The translations under genes were made by a program, and so were the position numbers. Below, one piece after another: positions 53,074 through 62,296 of a stretch of DNA of 64,000 nt. The notes below the pieces were generated by a model, which had not been told where the DNA came from, did not search any database, and worked only from the letters and a program-made list of their open reading frames with translations. The first letter of the stretch is position 1; every line of letters starts with the position of its first letter. Source of the DNA: a virus (taxonomy: Duplodnaviria > Heunggongvirae > Uroviricota > Caudoviricetes); IMG/VR virus record IMGVR_UViG_3300001687_000010; one strand, written 5' to 3'.

Positions 53074-54705
53074 TCAATTATTATTTATATAAACTATATC
53101 TTCTTTTAATCTTCTATCAGACCAACTGCCGCCGCCACTATCGGCTTCTTCTTCGGCAAACCCAAGTTTTTTATCCTTTTTAAGCCCCTCCACGTTCTTC
53201 GTAATATCATCTTCCGTCCAGTGGAGCATTTCTTTCATCAGGTAATACTTGCTAATTTCAGGTCTGTCGGCTAATGCCTGATAGTTATTAAAACGGGATT
53301 CTAAGAAGTTTTGTTCCATTTGCTCCTTGTAATTTGAAGGCGGATTTAGCGTAACTTTTATTTTTTTAATATCTAAATCATACTGCTTCGCCAGTCCTTT
53401 AAACTCAAGGTGGATTAAGAACAGTCTTGTAAACTCCCGGCAGAATTTATTCTGCTGACGTTCTAAAAATTTAGCCCATTTGACCTCGTCCCGGCCAATC
53501 TCTCCGGTACTATTTCCGCCAAACATAATATCCGAAGAACTCTTATTCTGTTCAGCTTCAACTCGGCTCATTGGGTATTTTAGCGCACGGTACATCTTTC
53601 GGGCGAAATAATAAATATCATCTAATTCTGCGAATCCGGCCGGGTTACCTCCTACCGTTTCAATCTGGCTACCTCTGCCTTCCGATGATTGTGGAAGATA
53701 GAAGTTTTCAAGCATCGAGAAAATCTCCGGTTCGTGCGTTAATTGACCGCTTTTCGGGTCATATGTTTGTTTACGGGTTAGTTTATTTTTAATCTTTTCA
53801 ACGTATTTTAACGCCTTATCTCGTGGCATATTGCCCGTATCAATTCTAAATACGAGTCTTTCGGGGGCCCGAATAAGACGGTAAATAACGACTGAAGTTT
53901 CTAAAAGTTTTAATTGGTTATATGGAACCCTAACTTTTTCCAAATAACCGAATATTTCTTGTTTTGTCCGGCCATAAATGCCGTAATTTAAAAATCCTAT
54001 CTGTTCAGGGTTAAATAGCACTACATCATTGCGCTTTTCGGCCTCCTCAATTGACTTAGGTCGGCCGCTGTCCCTTTTTAAATACTGCATGAAAGCCAAA
54101 ATCTTGCCGGTTGTCGGGTCATATATATAATCCATAGACTCTGACGGCAGTTTCTTTATATTAACTATGCCTTTTTGTTTTTTCTTAGTATTGATTACAC
54201 GTTCGTAATAACATCTGCCGTCTATATAATAGGTACGGAACATATCCCACAAAATATCTAAAAAGTTATCGAGCTGTTTATAAAACAAGTCATTAAATTC
54301 TCGTGTTATATTGTTTACGATATTCTCGTTTTTAGCTAATTCGGGGTCAACTATTTCAAGATGGATATAGCGGTCATCGTGGTCAACCTGAGTGGATTCG
54401 TTAGTGGCGTCCTCAATTACATCGGCAATTTCTGTATAATCAGCCATCTGGCGATATTCCAAAATCTTATTAAACTCATTTTCGTACATTCTATTAATAT
54501 AACTATTATAGAACGTATTAAATGAGGCCAATGTAATATTCGCTACGCCCGGAATTGTGGCCAAATGCTCCCAGCCTTCACCTCTTTCAGCGTGTAGCAT
54601 ATCGTCTGTACGTTTGTCCCCGACTGCGGTAAAAGCAGGAATGGATTCGTGTACCATTTCTGTGCTTTCTTCTTCGGAGTTTTTAAACCAATCTAATACA
54701 CCCAT
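53074..54705 (-). CDS. Portal protein, T4 gp20-like
   Basis: YYIDGR, YNQLKLLETSVVIYRLIRAPERLVFRIDTGNMP, SMLENFYLP and GTEI-like GSQIETVGG motifs; TATAAATA at 54722-54729. Confidence 0.97.
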   Translation of the reverse strand: MGVLDWFKNSEEESTEMVHESIPAFTAVGDKRTDDMLHAERGEGWEHLATIPGVANITLASFNTFYNSYINRMYENEFNKILEYRQMADYTEIADVIEDATNESTQVDHDDRYIHLEIVDPELAKNENIVNNITREFNDLFYKQLDNFLDILWDMFRTYYIDGRCYYERVINTKKKQKGIVNIKKLPSESMDYIYDPTTGKILAFMQYLKRDSGRPKSIEEAEKRNDVVLFNPEQIGFLNYGIYGRTKQEIFGYLEKVRVPYNQLKLLETSVVIYRLIRAPERLVFRIDTGNMPRDKALKYVEKIKNKLTRKQTYDPKSGQLTHEPEIFSMLENFYLPQSSEGRGSQIETVGGNPAGFAELDDIYYFARKMYRALKYPMSRVEAEQNKSSSDIMFGGNSTGEIGRDEVKWAKFLERQQNKFCREFTRLFLIHLEFKGLAKQYDLDIKKIKVTLNPPSNYKEQMEQNFLESRFNNYQALADRPEISKYYLMKEMLHWTEDDITKNVEGLKKDKKLGFAEEEADSGGGSWSDRRLKEDIVYINNN

Positions 54706-54724
54706 ATTTTCTCCCTAAACTTAT

Positions 54725-54889
54725 TTATACAACTGATATCTCAAATGTTAAAAATTGAGTACTATTTAGTATATTTATATCGTTTGTTAGCTCAAGACTT
54801 AACGATGGCGCAGATATTTTAGGTTTTAGGTCATCATTAGTTAGCTCAAACGTGAGCAATGGCTCTTCGTTGTTATTAATCTCCATCAT
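54725..54889 (-). CDS. 54-aa ORF with three L(T/S)(F/L)E(L/I)(T/S) repeats
   Basis: Not in the track. ATGA overlap with the gp2 stop codon; fills the gp2-portal gap. Confidence 0.45.
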   Translation of the reverse strand: MMEINNNEEPLLTFELTNDDLKPKISAPSLSLELTNDINILNSTQFLTFEISVV

Positions 54890-55407
54890 CTATCCTTGCG
54901 TTTCGGGGCCTTTCCGGTTTTACGAATCCCTTTAGCCCGTTTAAAAACTCCCCTTAGTTTATTAATAATGGATGCTTTAACTTTCTTACTAAAATCTTTA
55001 GAATATGTGCTTACAACTGCTTTCTCAAAATCCTGAAATGGTATTTCAACGGGCTGTGATATATATGTTTTAGGACGGGTTAAATATCTGCGTACTGCGT
55101 GTTGTATATAAGGATATTTACGCTTTATTAATTCCCATCTAAATTTTGGATTATCTGTTTTGCTTAATATTTGAAGCCAATCTTTAGCGAATTTTTTACG
55201 GTGAGCACGTGGAATATAGGTAAAATTTATAGCTTGAAATAGACTCCAATTATGTTTAGAGACATCATGTACACCTTGTAAATGATACATTAATATAATA
55301 GTCGGTTTTGGGTCATTCTCCCATGCGGAATATTTGAACGAATACACGTGACCGCTTTTCCAGTTTACACCTTTAAATTTCTTTTTATAAACTCTGCGTA
55401 CTGCCAT
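54886..55407 (-). CDS. DNA end protector, T4 gp2-like
   Basis: GHVYSFKY..DPKP.II, AINFTYIP..R and HAVRRYL motifs; adjacent to gp4. Confidence 0.7.
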   Translation of the reverse strand: MAVRRVYKKKFKGVNWKSGHVYSFKYSAWENDPKPTIILMYHLQGVHDVSKHNWSLFQAINFTYIPRAHRKKFAKDWLQILSKTDNPKFRWELIKRKYPYIQHAVRRYLTRPKTYISQPVEIPFQDFEKAVVSTYSKDFSKKVKASIINKLRGVFKRAKGIRKTGKAPKRKDR

Positions 55408-55709
55408 TATCCATATCTTATATCAACTTTATTGACTCTGCCTATACTGTTATATTCAATTGTTGATTTTATTGTATCTTTAAGTTCCTTTTCACCTCGG
55501 ACGGCAAACCCACCAAATCTTACTTCCAATTCAAGTTCGATTTTGTTTTTACCTTCACGACCCATAGCGTTTAATCGTATTCCGTCTTTATGTGCAAATG
55601 CCTGTCCGATTTTACGGTCAATATCAGATGGAAGTTTCATTACAGGGCTAAAAGTTACCACTGCGAATATTAATTCTGTCCCCTCTTTTATATAATCCCT
55701 AAACTTCAT
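55407..55709 (-). CDS. Putative internal head protein
   Basis: MKFRDYIKE. Confidence 0.6.
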   Translation of the reverse strand: MKFRDYIKEGTELIFAVVTFSPVMKLPSDIDRKIGQAFAHKDGIRLNAMGREGKNKIELELEVRFGGFAVRGEKELKDTIKSTIEYNSIGRVNKVDIRYG

Positions 55710-56158
55710 TTATTAAACAACTCCTTCTCGGTTAAAACCTTAAATTCCATACCCATCTTTTTACAATAATCAGAAGCGGCTTTAAATTTAGCCGCATTCC
55801 GTGCGTACATTAACTGTCTTTCCATTAGGGTATTCTTAGATTTTTTACCTCTCCTCGGTGGTCTGGTTTCTCTATAAGGTTTAATTTCTATTAAGTATTT
55901 ACGTCCGCCAGTTTCCATATAAACATCAGGGTAATAACGCCTCAAAGCAGGCTTGCCTTTATGTAACGTGGTCGGGTCTTGATATTTAATCTCTACGCTT
56001 TCCGAAGACCATTTATCAATTGCCGGATTTACATCACACCATTGATAAAATAGGCGTTCCCACGAACTACGCACAAGTATAGGATATTTACCTATGTATT
56101 TCTGTGGATTTTTGGGAACAAATTCTTTAGTGTTCTTCGTATGACGTTTTATATACAT
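55706..56158 (-). CDS. Head completion nuclease, T4 gp4-like (TnsA fold)
   Basis: PKNPQKYIG, RSSWE, WSSE..I.Y, RRYYPD and LIEIKP motifs. Confidence 0.92.
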   Translation of the reverse strand: MYIKRHTKNTKEFVPKNPQKYIGKYPILVRSSWERLFYQWCDVNPAIDKWSSESVEIKYQDPTTLHKGKPALRRYYPDVYMETGGRKYLIEIKPYRETRPPRRGKKSKNTLMERQLMYARNAAKFKAASDYCKKMGMEFKVLTEKELFNK

Positions 56159-56165
56159 TATTCCC

Positions 56166-56756
56166 TTATACTTTAATTCCGAATTCTAATTGAAAATCAT
56201 GTTTAGACATAGTCCACCACGGTTGCCAACCTTTACCTTTTCCTTTTTCAAAAACGGTTACAGTATCAGAAAATGCATCTTTCCACTCTGGACTTTCTGC
56301 TTCTGGATTTCCGATAACATACGCCTGAGTTGCATTTATGAGTTTAGCCCCTTTCGGCAATTTTCTTTCAGAATAATTACCTTTTAAAGCCTTCCCACGC
56401 TTTAATGCTTCCATCATACCGTCACCTTCGGTATATTCAGCATCCTCATCTTCACCATCTCCTGTATCATAAGTTAAATCAACATTCTCTGGTGGTTCTG
56501 TTTGACCGGCACCTCTGGCGACCTGAAGCAACTTTTCTCCGGCCAATGCACTAACGACAGGGTCATCATCAAGTTCACGATATAAAATCTCTTGCCAAAG
56601 AACATCATCAGTCGGGTTACGTCTAAATTTAGCAAGCAGTTCTTCATCCGTATAGTCCTGTGCTATATATTCGCTAACTTGTTTAGTGGAATCCGCTAAG
56701 TATAAATTAATCTTTTTTATAACGCTCATTTCAGTCTCCTTAATATTATTGTCCAA
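56166..56756 (-). CDS. Putative internal head protein
   Basis: MSVIKKINLYLAD internal start is likely. Confidence 0.5.
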   Translation of the reverse strand: MDNNIKETEMSVIKKINLYLADSTKQVSEYIAQDYTDEELLAKFRRNPTDDVLWQEILYRELDDDPVVSALAGEKLLQVARGAGQTEPPENVDLTYDTGDGEDEDAEYTEGDGMMEALKRGKALKGNYSERKLPKGAKLINATQAYVIGNPEAESPEWKDAFSDTVTVFEKGKGKGWQPWWTMSKHDFQLEFGIKV

Positions 56757-56796
56757 GCCCTCTACCCGGAGGGGTCACGCATTTTTTTTGAACAGG

Positions 56797-57276
56797 TCAC
56801 CATTTTTGTCCGGGTGGACATTTTTGGTCTTCTTCTTCTATTCCGGCATCCTTTTCCATCTTTTTTAAACGGTCATAATAGTCCGGTATTTCATCAAGGT
56901 GGTCTAAAGCAATTTCAGCCGCTAATTTTTTATCATCAACGTGCTCCATTTCAACTTTAGTTCCCATTTCAATTTGTTTTTTAATTTTATCAACCGATAT
57001 GCCATGTTTTTTGGCTATATCCTCTGGTGTTTTATTATCGGCTTTTCCGCCTTTTATTTTATCCTCGGATAGGTTTTTATCAACCTTAACGTACTGCGTT
57101 AATATAGCATATATATGCTCCTCAAATTTATGAGGGTCTATACCCATATCTTCCGCAAAATCATGAACAGCATCATCTGAAGGATTAGGGTTTTTCTTAA
57201 AAAACTCTTTAATTTTAGCTTTGATATCGCCGTCTTTTTTTGCTTCTTCTTCTCTTAAAAAATTTCTTAGTTTCAT
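56797..57276 (-). CDS. DUF5661-like protein with a head-targeting leader
   Basis: MKLRNFLREEE; MGTKVEMEH..LAAEIALDHLDEIPDYYDRL. Confidence 0.7.
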   Translation of the reverse strand: MKLRNFLREEEAKKDGDIKAKIKEFFKKNPNPSDDAVHDFAEDMGIDPHKFEEHIYAILTQYVKVDKNLSEDKIKGGKADNKTPEDIAKKHGISVDKIKKQIEMGTKVEMEHVDDKKLAAEIALDHLDEIPDYYDRLKKMEKDAGIEEEDQKCPPGQKW

Positions 57277-57503
57277 GTGTTATACTCCACTTTATGACGG
57301 CCAGTCGGGGTCTTACGTTGTTTAGCCATAATAGGTTCCATTCTATCTCGCACTTTACCATCGGCAGACCGTTCTAAATCTTTTTTCTTTTTCTTGACCT
57401 TTACCGGGTTTTGACGGTAATACTGGTCGGCATATATCTTTTTAGTTTTAGCCGTTTTTTTGGCTTTTATTTCCTCGTCTATTAACCAGTCTCTAAACTT
57501 CAT
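57273..57503 (-). CDS. Basic putative internal head protein
   Basis: MKFRDWLIDEE. Confidence 0.6.
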   Translation of the reverse strand: MKFRDWLIDEEIKAKKTAKTKKIYADQYYRQNPVKVKKKKKDLERSADGKVRDRMEPIMAKQRKTPTGRHKVEYNT

Positions 57504-58039
57504 TATTTACCTTTTCTTAAATCCATCCATTGCATTTTTCCAGCAAGATTCTCAGTTGTTCCATATTTTCTAAAATCAAAAAGGTCTTCAAGCTCTTTAT
57601 TCAATTTTTTAAAATTTACTTTTGAATTAAGTAAATTTAATACATCTTTTTCAGAACCATTTGCTAAACCCTCTCTATATTTAGGTGTAGTTTTTATAAA
57701 AACTTTCGGTAATGGACTTCTCATTTGCATATTGCTTATGGCCAATGGAGTTCTACTTTTATCTCTAAAACCGCCGCCCGCAAAGTCCCAGCGACCTTCA
57801 ATAACTTGAGTATTAGGATTAAAATCAAAAAATAATTCTAAAGAATGATTATTCCCATACCCATCTTTAGTCGGCCAGCCCACTTTAAAGAAATAATTAT
57901 CTTTATTTTGTAAAATTATCTGATTAAGTTTATCTGCCGCTCCTTCATCATCCATCATAAAATCACGGCCGCAATGTGGACAAACAATTTTTTGTGATGC
58001 TTCGTTTAAATGTTCATCAATTCTATCTAATATACTCAA
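57503..58039 (-). CDS. Putative internal head protein with a Zn knuckle
   Basis: MSILDRIDEHLNE; CPHC. Confidence 0.6.
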   Translation of the reverse strand: MSILDRIDEHLNEASQKIVCPHCGRDFMMDDEGAADKLNQIILQNKDNYFFKVGWPTKDGYGNNHSLELFFDFNPNTQVIEGRWDFAGGGFRDKSRTPLAISNMQMRSPLPKVFIKTTPKYREGLANGSEKDVLNLLNSKVNFKKLNKELEDLFDFRKYGTTENLAGKMQWMDLRKGK

Positions 58040-58239
58040 AGCAAACCTCCCTCTCGTATTTCCTCTATTTTCTCTTTAACTTCTGGCATAAGACCGGATA
58101 TAATCTCCTCTATCTTATCTTTAGGTGATTCGGTGATAAGCTCTAACGCCTCATCTAAGGTTAAAATTCGGTATTTAAGTTTTTCTTTAAAATCGACCTC
58201 ATATAGGTATCGATTTAATCTGGTAAGAGTCGTTACCAT
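58036..58239 (-). CDS. Hypothetical protein
   Basis: LNRYLYE. Confidence 0.5.
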   Translation of the reverse strand: MVTTLTRLNRYLYEVDFKEKLKYRILTLDEALELITESPKDKIEEIISGLMPEVKEKIEEIREGGLL

Positions 58240-58523
58240 TCTTGTACCTCTAATTGTGTAATATGGTAATAGGTACTGCCGCTTTTTTTAATCTGCCATA
58301 TTACCTTATAGTCACCGGCAGTTCCGGTAACTGTTGTATCTATTTTTTTAGTAACCACGTTTTCTGATACGGCCGCCGATGCCGCCACTACCGTTGTGCC
58401 GTTTTCGTTTTTAATGTTCACTGCGGCGGCACTGGGCGCAAAAGCGTTACCATCTTGGTCGTGTATGGTTAACTGTAAGTCCCTAACCTCATTTATATAA
58501 AATGCTTGGTATGTTTCGGCCAT
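58233..58523 (-). CDS. Small Ig-like / beta-sandwich structural protein
   Basis: LQLTIHDQDG..PSAA.V.I...G..YKVIWQI pattern. Confidence 0.5.
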   Translation of the reverse strand: MAETYQAFYINEVRDLQLTIHDQDGNAFAPSAAAVNIKNENGTTVVAASAAVSENVVTKKIDTTVTGTAGDYKVIWQIKKSGSTYYHITQLEVQEW

Positions 58524-59119
58524 TATGCTGATTTAACTCCATCAATATTCAAACCCCAAGTTCCTTCAGGTACAAGTTTATTTAATGTCGAAACTGCTTT
58601 TTTTAGATTATCAATTTTTTTTCTATCACTCGCACTAAATCTTCTTTCTTGATTAGTCGGTTTTTGAATATAAGTAACAAAAAAATCGTGACCCTCGTTT
58701 GTTAATGAATATTCTATCATATCAGTTCTTTCATTTACGCCTTGTGTTTCTTCGGGCGGTCCGGGCGGTCCTTGCTCTGGTGGGTTATTTTGAAATGCAG
58801 CCCGATTTGCGAAATTAGCATGACCTTGACTGCGAGGAATTGTTTTGCCTCCGCCATCGATAGTGGCCGCTATCCGTTTCATAGCCATTAAAAATTCTGA
58901 ATGCTCTTTATTGGCGTCCGCTAACATCTGGTACAGTTTTTGCTGATAGGTCGGATTATCGTCTATTTTCTCAATTTTCTTTTCGACCTCATCAATAAAA
59001 TCATCAATTTTATCGTCAAGAATCTGTACACTGCGCCTTACGCCTTTAGAGCTTTCGTTAAGAATGTTGTCCTCATATTTACGTTGAATATCTTCATTTG
59101 CCCATTTAACTGCTCTCAT
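58523..59119 (-). CDS. Putative head protein
   Basis: ILNE and VNE sites; AATAAATA runs upstream. Confidence 0.55.
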   Translation of the reverse strand: MRAVKWANEDIQRKYEDNILNESSKGVRRSVQILDDKIDDFIDEVEKKIEKIDDNPTYQQKLYQMLADANKEHSEFLMAMKRIAATIDGGGKTIPRSQGHANFANRAAFQNNPPEQGPPGPPEETQGVNERTDMIEYSLTNEGHDFFVTYIQKPTNQERRFSASDRKKIDNLKKAVSTLNKLVPEGTWGLNIDGVKSA

Positions 59120-59193
59120 ACTAAAATTCTCCTAATTTAGTTCTGATATTATATCAGTCATTATTTATTTATTTATTATGTAATATAAAAAAA

Positions 59194-59201
59194 TATAAAT
59201 A
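59194..59201 (+). promoter_or_regulatory. T4-type late promoter
   Basis: TATAAATA upstream of the PAS gene. Confidence 0.7.
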
Positions 59202-59236
59202 TAAATTGATAAAATAGAGGTGTAGGAGTCTATCAA

Positions 59237-59686
59237 GTGAAACAAAATTGCGAAGAAATACTAAAAGAATCACCAAGCCCAATTATCGTTTATGATTCAA
59301 CCGACAAATTGGTATATGTAAACCCATCTTTTGAAATTCTAACTGGTTGGAATGAAGAAGAGGTTATAGGTCAAAAGTTACCATTTCCGTGGTGGCCCCA
59401 AGACCTTATACCAGATATTATGACTAAATTTCGAAATGCTGTTCATAAAGGATTGCGGAATAAAGAAATGCGTTATATATCAAAATGCGGGCATGATTTT
59501 TACGTGGATGAAAATATGTCCAGAATAAACGGCAATGGTCAATGTATTTCCACTTGGACTGATATAACAAATGATGTTTTGGGAAGAATTAAAATGGAAA
59601 CTATGCTTCGTAATGCTACCGCCCGAATGGAAAATTTAATAGCAGAGCAGAGAATAGTTAACGCTTCGATTATGGCACGAATGTAA
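59237..59686 (+). CDS. Stand-alone PAS/PAC domain protein
   Basis: SPSPIIVYDSTDKLVYVNPSFEILTGWNEEEVIGQ ... TWTDIT. Confidence 0.85.
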   Translation: MKQNCEEILKESPSPIIVYDSTDKLVYVNPSFEILTGWNEEEVIGQKLPFPWWPQDLIPDIMTKFRNAVHKGLRNKEMRYISKCGHDFYVDENMSRINGNGQCISTWTDITNDVLGRIKMETMLRNATARMENLIAEQRIVNASIMARM

Positions 59687-59689
59687 GGA

Positions 59690-60112
59690 GTGGAAATGGA
59701 CGAAAAATTATTGGATTTATTTGGGGGTTTTTTAAATAAGACCGTGGAGTTACATACTGAATCTAAAGTAGCACTTGGTCTTATCAATAAAGATTTGGGA
59801 GAAATAAAGGAAACTTTAGGTAAAAGCGATAGAACGATTATGAGTTTACTTCATGGATTAGAGAAAAAAGGCGACTCCGACCAAGTAAAAAACTTTATTG
59901 AAACTTATACAAAACGAAATTATACAGATAACGAAATACAGGATTTAGGGCATCACGTTGAGCAAGTTAACGATATGCACAAATTTTCTATGAAATTAAA
60001 AGGCCGACTGGCTATAACAGCCGCTTTAATTGCGGCAATTATTGGTATAGCCACGCTCGGTGAAAAAATAGTAGCCCTATGGGAATTTTTAGTTAGTTTA
60101 GGAGGAGTATAA
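59690..60112 (+). CDS. Coiled-coil protein with a C-terminal TM helix (holin-like)
   Basis: LAITAALIAAIIGIATLG. Confidence 0.5.
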   Translation: MEMDEKLLDLFGGFLNKTVELHTESKVALGLINKDLGEIKETLGKSDRTIMSLLHGLEKKGDSDQVKNFIETYTKRNYTDNEIQDLGHHVEQVNDMHKFSMKLKGRLAITAALIAAIIGIATLGEKIVALWEFLVSLGGV

Positions 60113-60403
60113 ATGAAGGTTTTAGAAGAATACGTTAAAAAAGCAATGAAAGAATGTGAGCCGGTAAATGAAGAAAATCTGGGTATGAATGCTTCCGAAG
60201 CTCAAATGTGGGTTTTTTTAGAAAGAATGCCTATAAAAGAATTAGATTTTATTATTAAAGCGGTTAATAATAGTAAGAAAATTATAAAAACTAAAAAAAA
60301 TGGTTGGGGAGGTTTCAATGAGGTTATTCAGGAATTAAGTGTTATACAAAAAACCGCCGCATCATTAGAAAAAGAATTAATGAATTATAGACGTAGGAGT
60401 TAA
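60113..60403 (+). CDS. Hypothetical, possibly head-targeted
   Basis: MKVLEEYV..VNEE. Confidence 0.5.
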   Translation: MKVLEEYVKKAMKECEPVNEENLGMNASEAQMWVFLERMPIKELDFIIKAVNNSKKIIKTKKNGWGGFNEVIQELSVIQKTAASLEKELMNYRRRS

Positions 60404-60405
60404 TT

Positions 60406-61104
60406 ATGCCAGCACCACCACGAGCCGGTGAGGAAAAAGACGATTTTTTAGGCCGGTGTATACCATTTTACGTTAAAGAGGGCAAACCTCAAGACCAAGC
60501 AGTCGCTATTTGTTATAGTATGTGGAGACGCAAGGACGAAGAACGTATTATTAAAAAAATAGATATGTTCTTAGGAGAAACCGAAGGAGGAGCAACCACC
60601 ACCGGGGACGTGGCCATAAATACATCCGGTAAGGGATACCCAATAACCAGACGAATAAAGAAAAAGAAAAAGAAAACCGATGAAACCATTGTAACAGGCG
60701 GTCCTTATTTAAGCGGAACTTCAACTGCGGCCGGTTCTGGTCAAACCAGAGTGGTCGGGGATAAGGATAATGAAATAGACGCATTAAAAACTAAACCTAA
60801 CGCACGGTTTAATAAACTATTAGGAGCATATATTAGTGAAGCAAAATATATCCCAAATATGAAATATTGGCCGGATGATGCAGATGATATTATAGATTAT
60901 AAAGCGGCCGGTCGAGAGTTTGCCGAAATAGCCAGAATAGCAAAAGATTTGCCAACACAAATGAGAGATGTTACGGCTTCTATTGGATGGGCTATGGAAA
61001 AAAATGATAAAAGAAAGGTCGCATTATTAGTAAAAAGATTTCCTAATGATATTATAGGTGGAACGGGTACTTTAAATCGAATAATAAAATGGATTAAAAG
61101 TTAA
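60406..61104 (+). CDS. Head-associated protein with a P..GE.K.DF..RC...QA.AIC N-terminal motif
   Basis: This motif is common in phage head morphogenesis proteins; internal LGE and ISE sites. Confidence 0.6.
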   Translation: MPAPPRAGEEKDDFLGRCIPFYVKEGKPQDQAVAICYSMWRRKDEERIIKKIDMFLGETEGGATTTGDVAINTSGKGYPITRRIKKKKKKTDETIVTGGPYLSGTSTAAGSGQTRVVGDKDNEIDALKTKPNARFNKLLGAYISEAKYIPNMKYWPDDADDIIDYKAAGREFAEIARIAKDLPTQMRDVTASIGWAMEKNDKRKVALLVKRFPNDIIGGTGTLNRIIKWIKS

Positions 61105-61115
61105 AGGATAAAATT

Positions 61116-61430
61116 ATGAGTGAAAAATTTAGACAATATTTAACAGAATCAAAAGTGGCGAGAACCATTTTAGACCAGATACGGGCTTTAGATAAGTATG
61201 CTCTACCGGCTTGGGGAGCAAAGGATTTTGTAAGTTTTGATAAGGGTATCCAATTTGACGTCCGAGGTTCTAAACATCGTGGTCGGGTTATCGTGGGTTT
61301 AGATAAAGGCGACCTTTATAGTATTGAGATAGGCAAAATAAACAGAGCTAACGATTGGGTATCGATTAAGAAAAATAAAGGTATACAAGCGGCAAATTTA
61401 GTTACCGCAATAGACGAATTGGTAGGATAA
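61116..61430 (+). CDS. Putative internal head protein
   Basis: MSEKFRQYLTE; VARTILDQI. Confidence 0.65.
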   Translation: MSEKFRQYLTESKVARTILDQIRALDKYALPAWGAKDFVSFDKGIQFDVRGSKHRGRVIVGLDKGDLYSIEIGKINRANDWVSIKKNKGIQAANLVTAIDELVG

Positions 61431-61476
61431 CCAATATAAATATAAGGGAATAACCTGTATAAGGAGACAGATAAAA

Positions 61477-61854
61477 ATGAGCGATTTAGAGGGTGCGACT
61501 CAACTGGAAACTTTTAAAAAACATTTGAATGCGCTAAAGGAAAAGGGTGTTGATATTAATCCCGAAAAAGTGGTTGACGAGGTTATGGCTCCTCCCACAG
61601 AAGCCCCTGAAAAGGATTCGTTTGATAGGAAACGATGGGCTATGCTTAAAACGCAGTTAAATAAACTGCTTGATGATTTTGAGCATTTTTATGGGGATAA
61701 AGGTAGAGGTATCGGAGTAACGGTGCATATTACTAAAGCCAATAATGCTGATAGGTTTACCGAAAAATTTGAATACGATAAAAATATGGTGTTATTACAT
61801 ATACAAGATATCGGTACTAAAGGTAAATATGAGCCGGTAGTGCCGGGAGAATAA
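61477..61854 (+). CDS. Hypothetical protein
   Basis: TATAAATA at 61435-61442; SD AAGGAG. Confidence 0.65.
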   Translation: MSDLEGATQLETFKKHLNALKEKGVDINPEKVVDEVMAPPTEAPEKDSFDRKRWAMLKTQLNKLLDDFEHFYGDKGRGIGVTVHITKANNADRFTEKFEYDKNMVLLHIQDIGTKGKYEPVVPGE

Positions 61855-61855
61855 A

Positions 61856-62296
61856 ATGGATTGTAATGGATGTACTTTGTGCTGTAAATTGTTATGGGTA
61901 AAACCGTTAAACAAAAAAGCAGGCGTAGAATGTGAGCATTGTGAAACGGGCAAAGGTTGTAAAATATATGAAGACCGCCCGGACGCTTGTAAAGAATATC
62001 AATGTGTTTATTATACAGCTAAAGAAGGGCCGATAGAATTAAGGCCGGATAATTGTGGGATTGTTTTTAACCAATTAACAAATAATGTTATATCAGGGGA
62101 CGTTGACCCCAAAATCGAAGAATTAAACGAATTTGTAAAAAACCAAATCCATAGTTTTTTAGATAAGGGGCTATCGGTTGTTTTATTTAATGTTAAATTC
62201 GATACGCCTTTTATTATTCCTGCCTTTGGTCGGCCATTAGATAGCGTATGGACTGAAGCCTATAATGCCATTAAGGGATGTAAAAATGGAATGTGA
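61856..62296 (+). CDS. CxxCxxCC (YkgJ-like) cysteine-cluster protein, paralog 1
   Basis: CNGCTLCCK...CEHC...CKIYEDRPDACKEYQC...LRPDNCG. Confidence 0.8.
   Translation: MDCNGCTLCCKLLWVKPLNKKAGVECEHCETGKGCKIYEDRPDACKEYQCVYYTAKEGPIELRPDNCGIVFNQLTNNVISGDVDPKIEELNEFVKNQIHSFLDKGLSVVLFNVKFDTPFIIPAFGRPLDSVWTEAYNAIKGCKNGM

Noticed and set aside
41192-54705. Introns or inteins in terL, portal or MCP
   Set aside because: Lengths and motif spacing are normal; no Hint or LAGLIDADG/HNH motifs seen.
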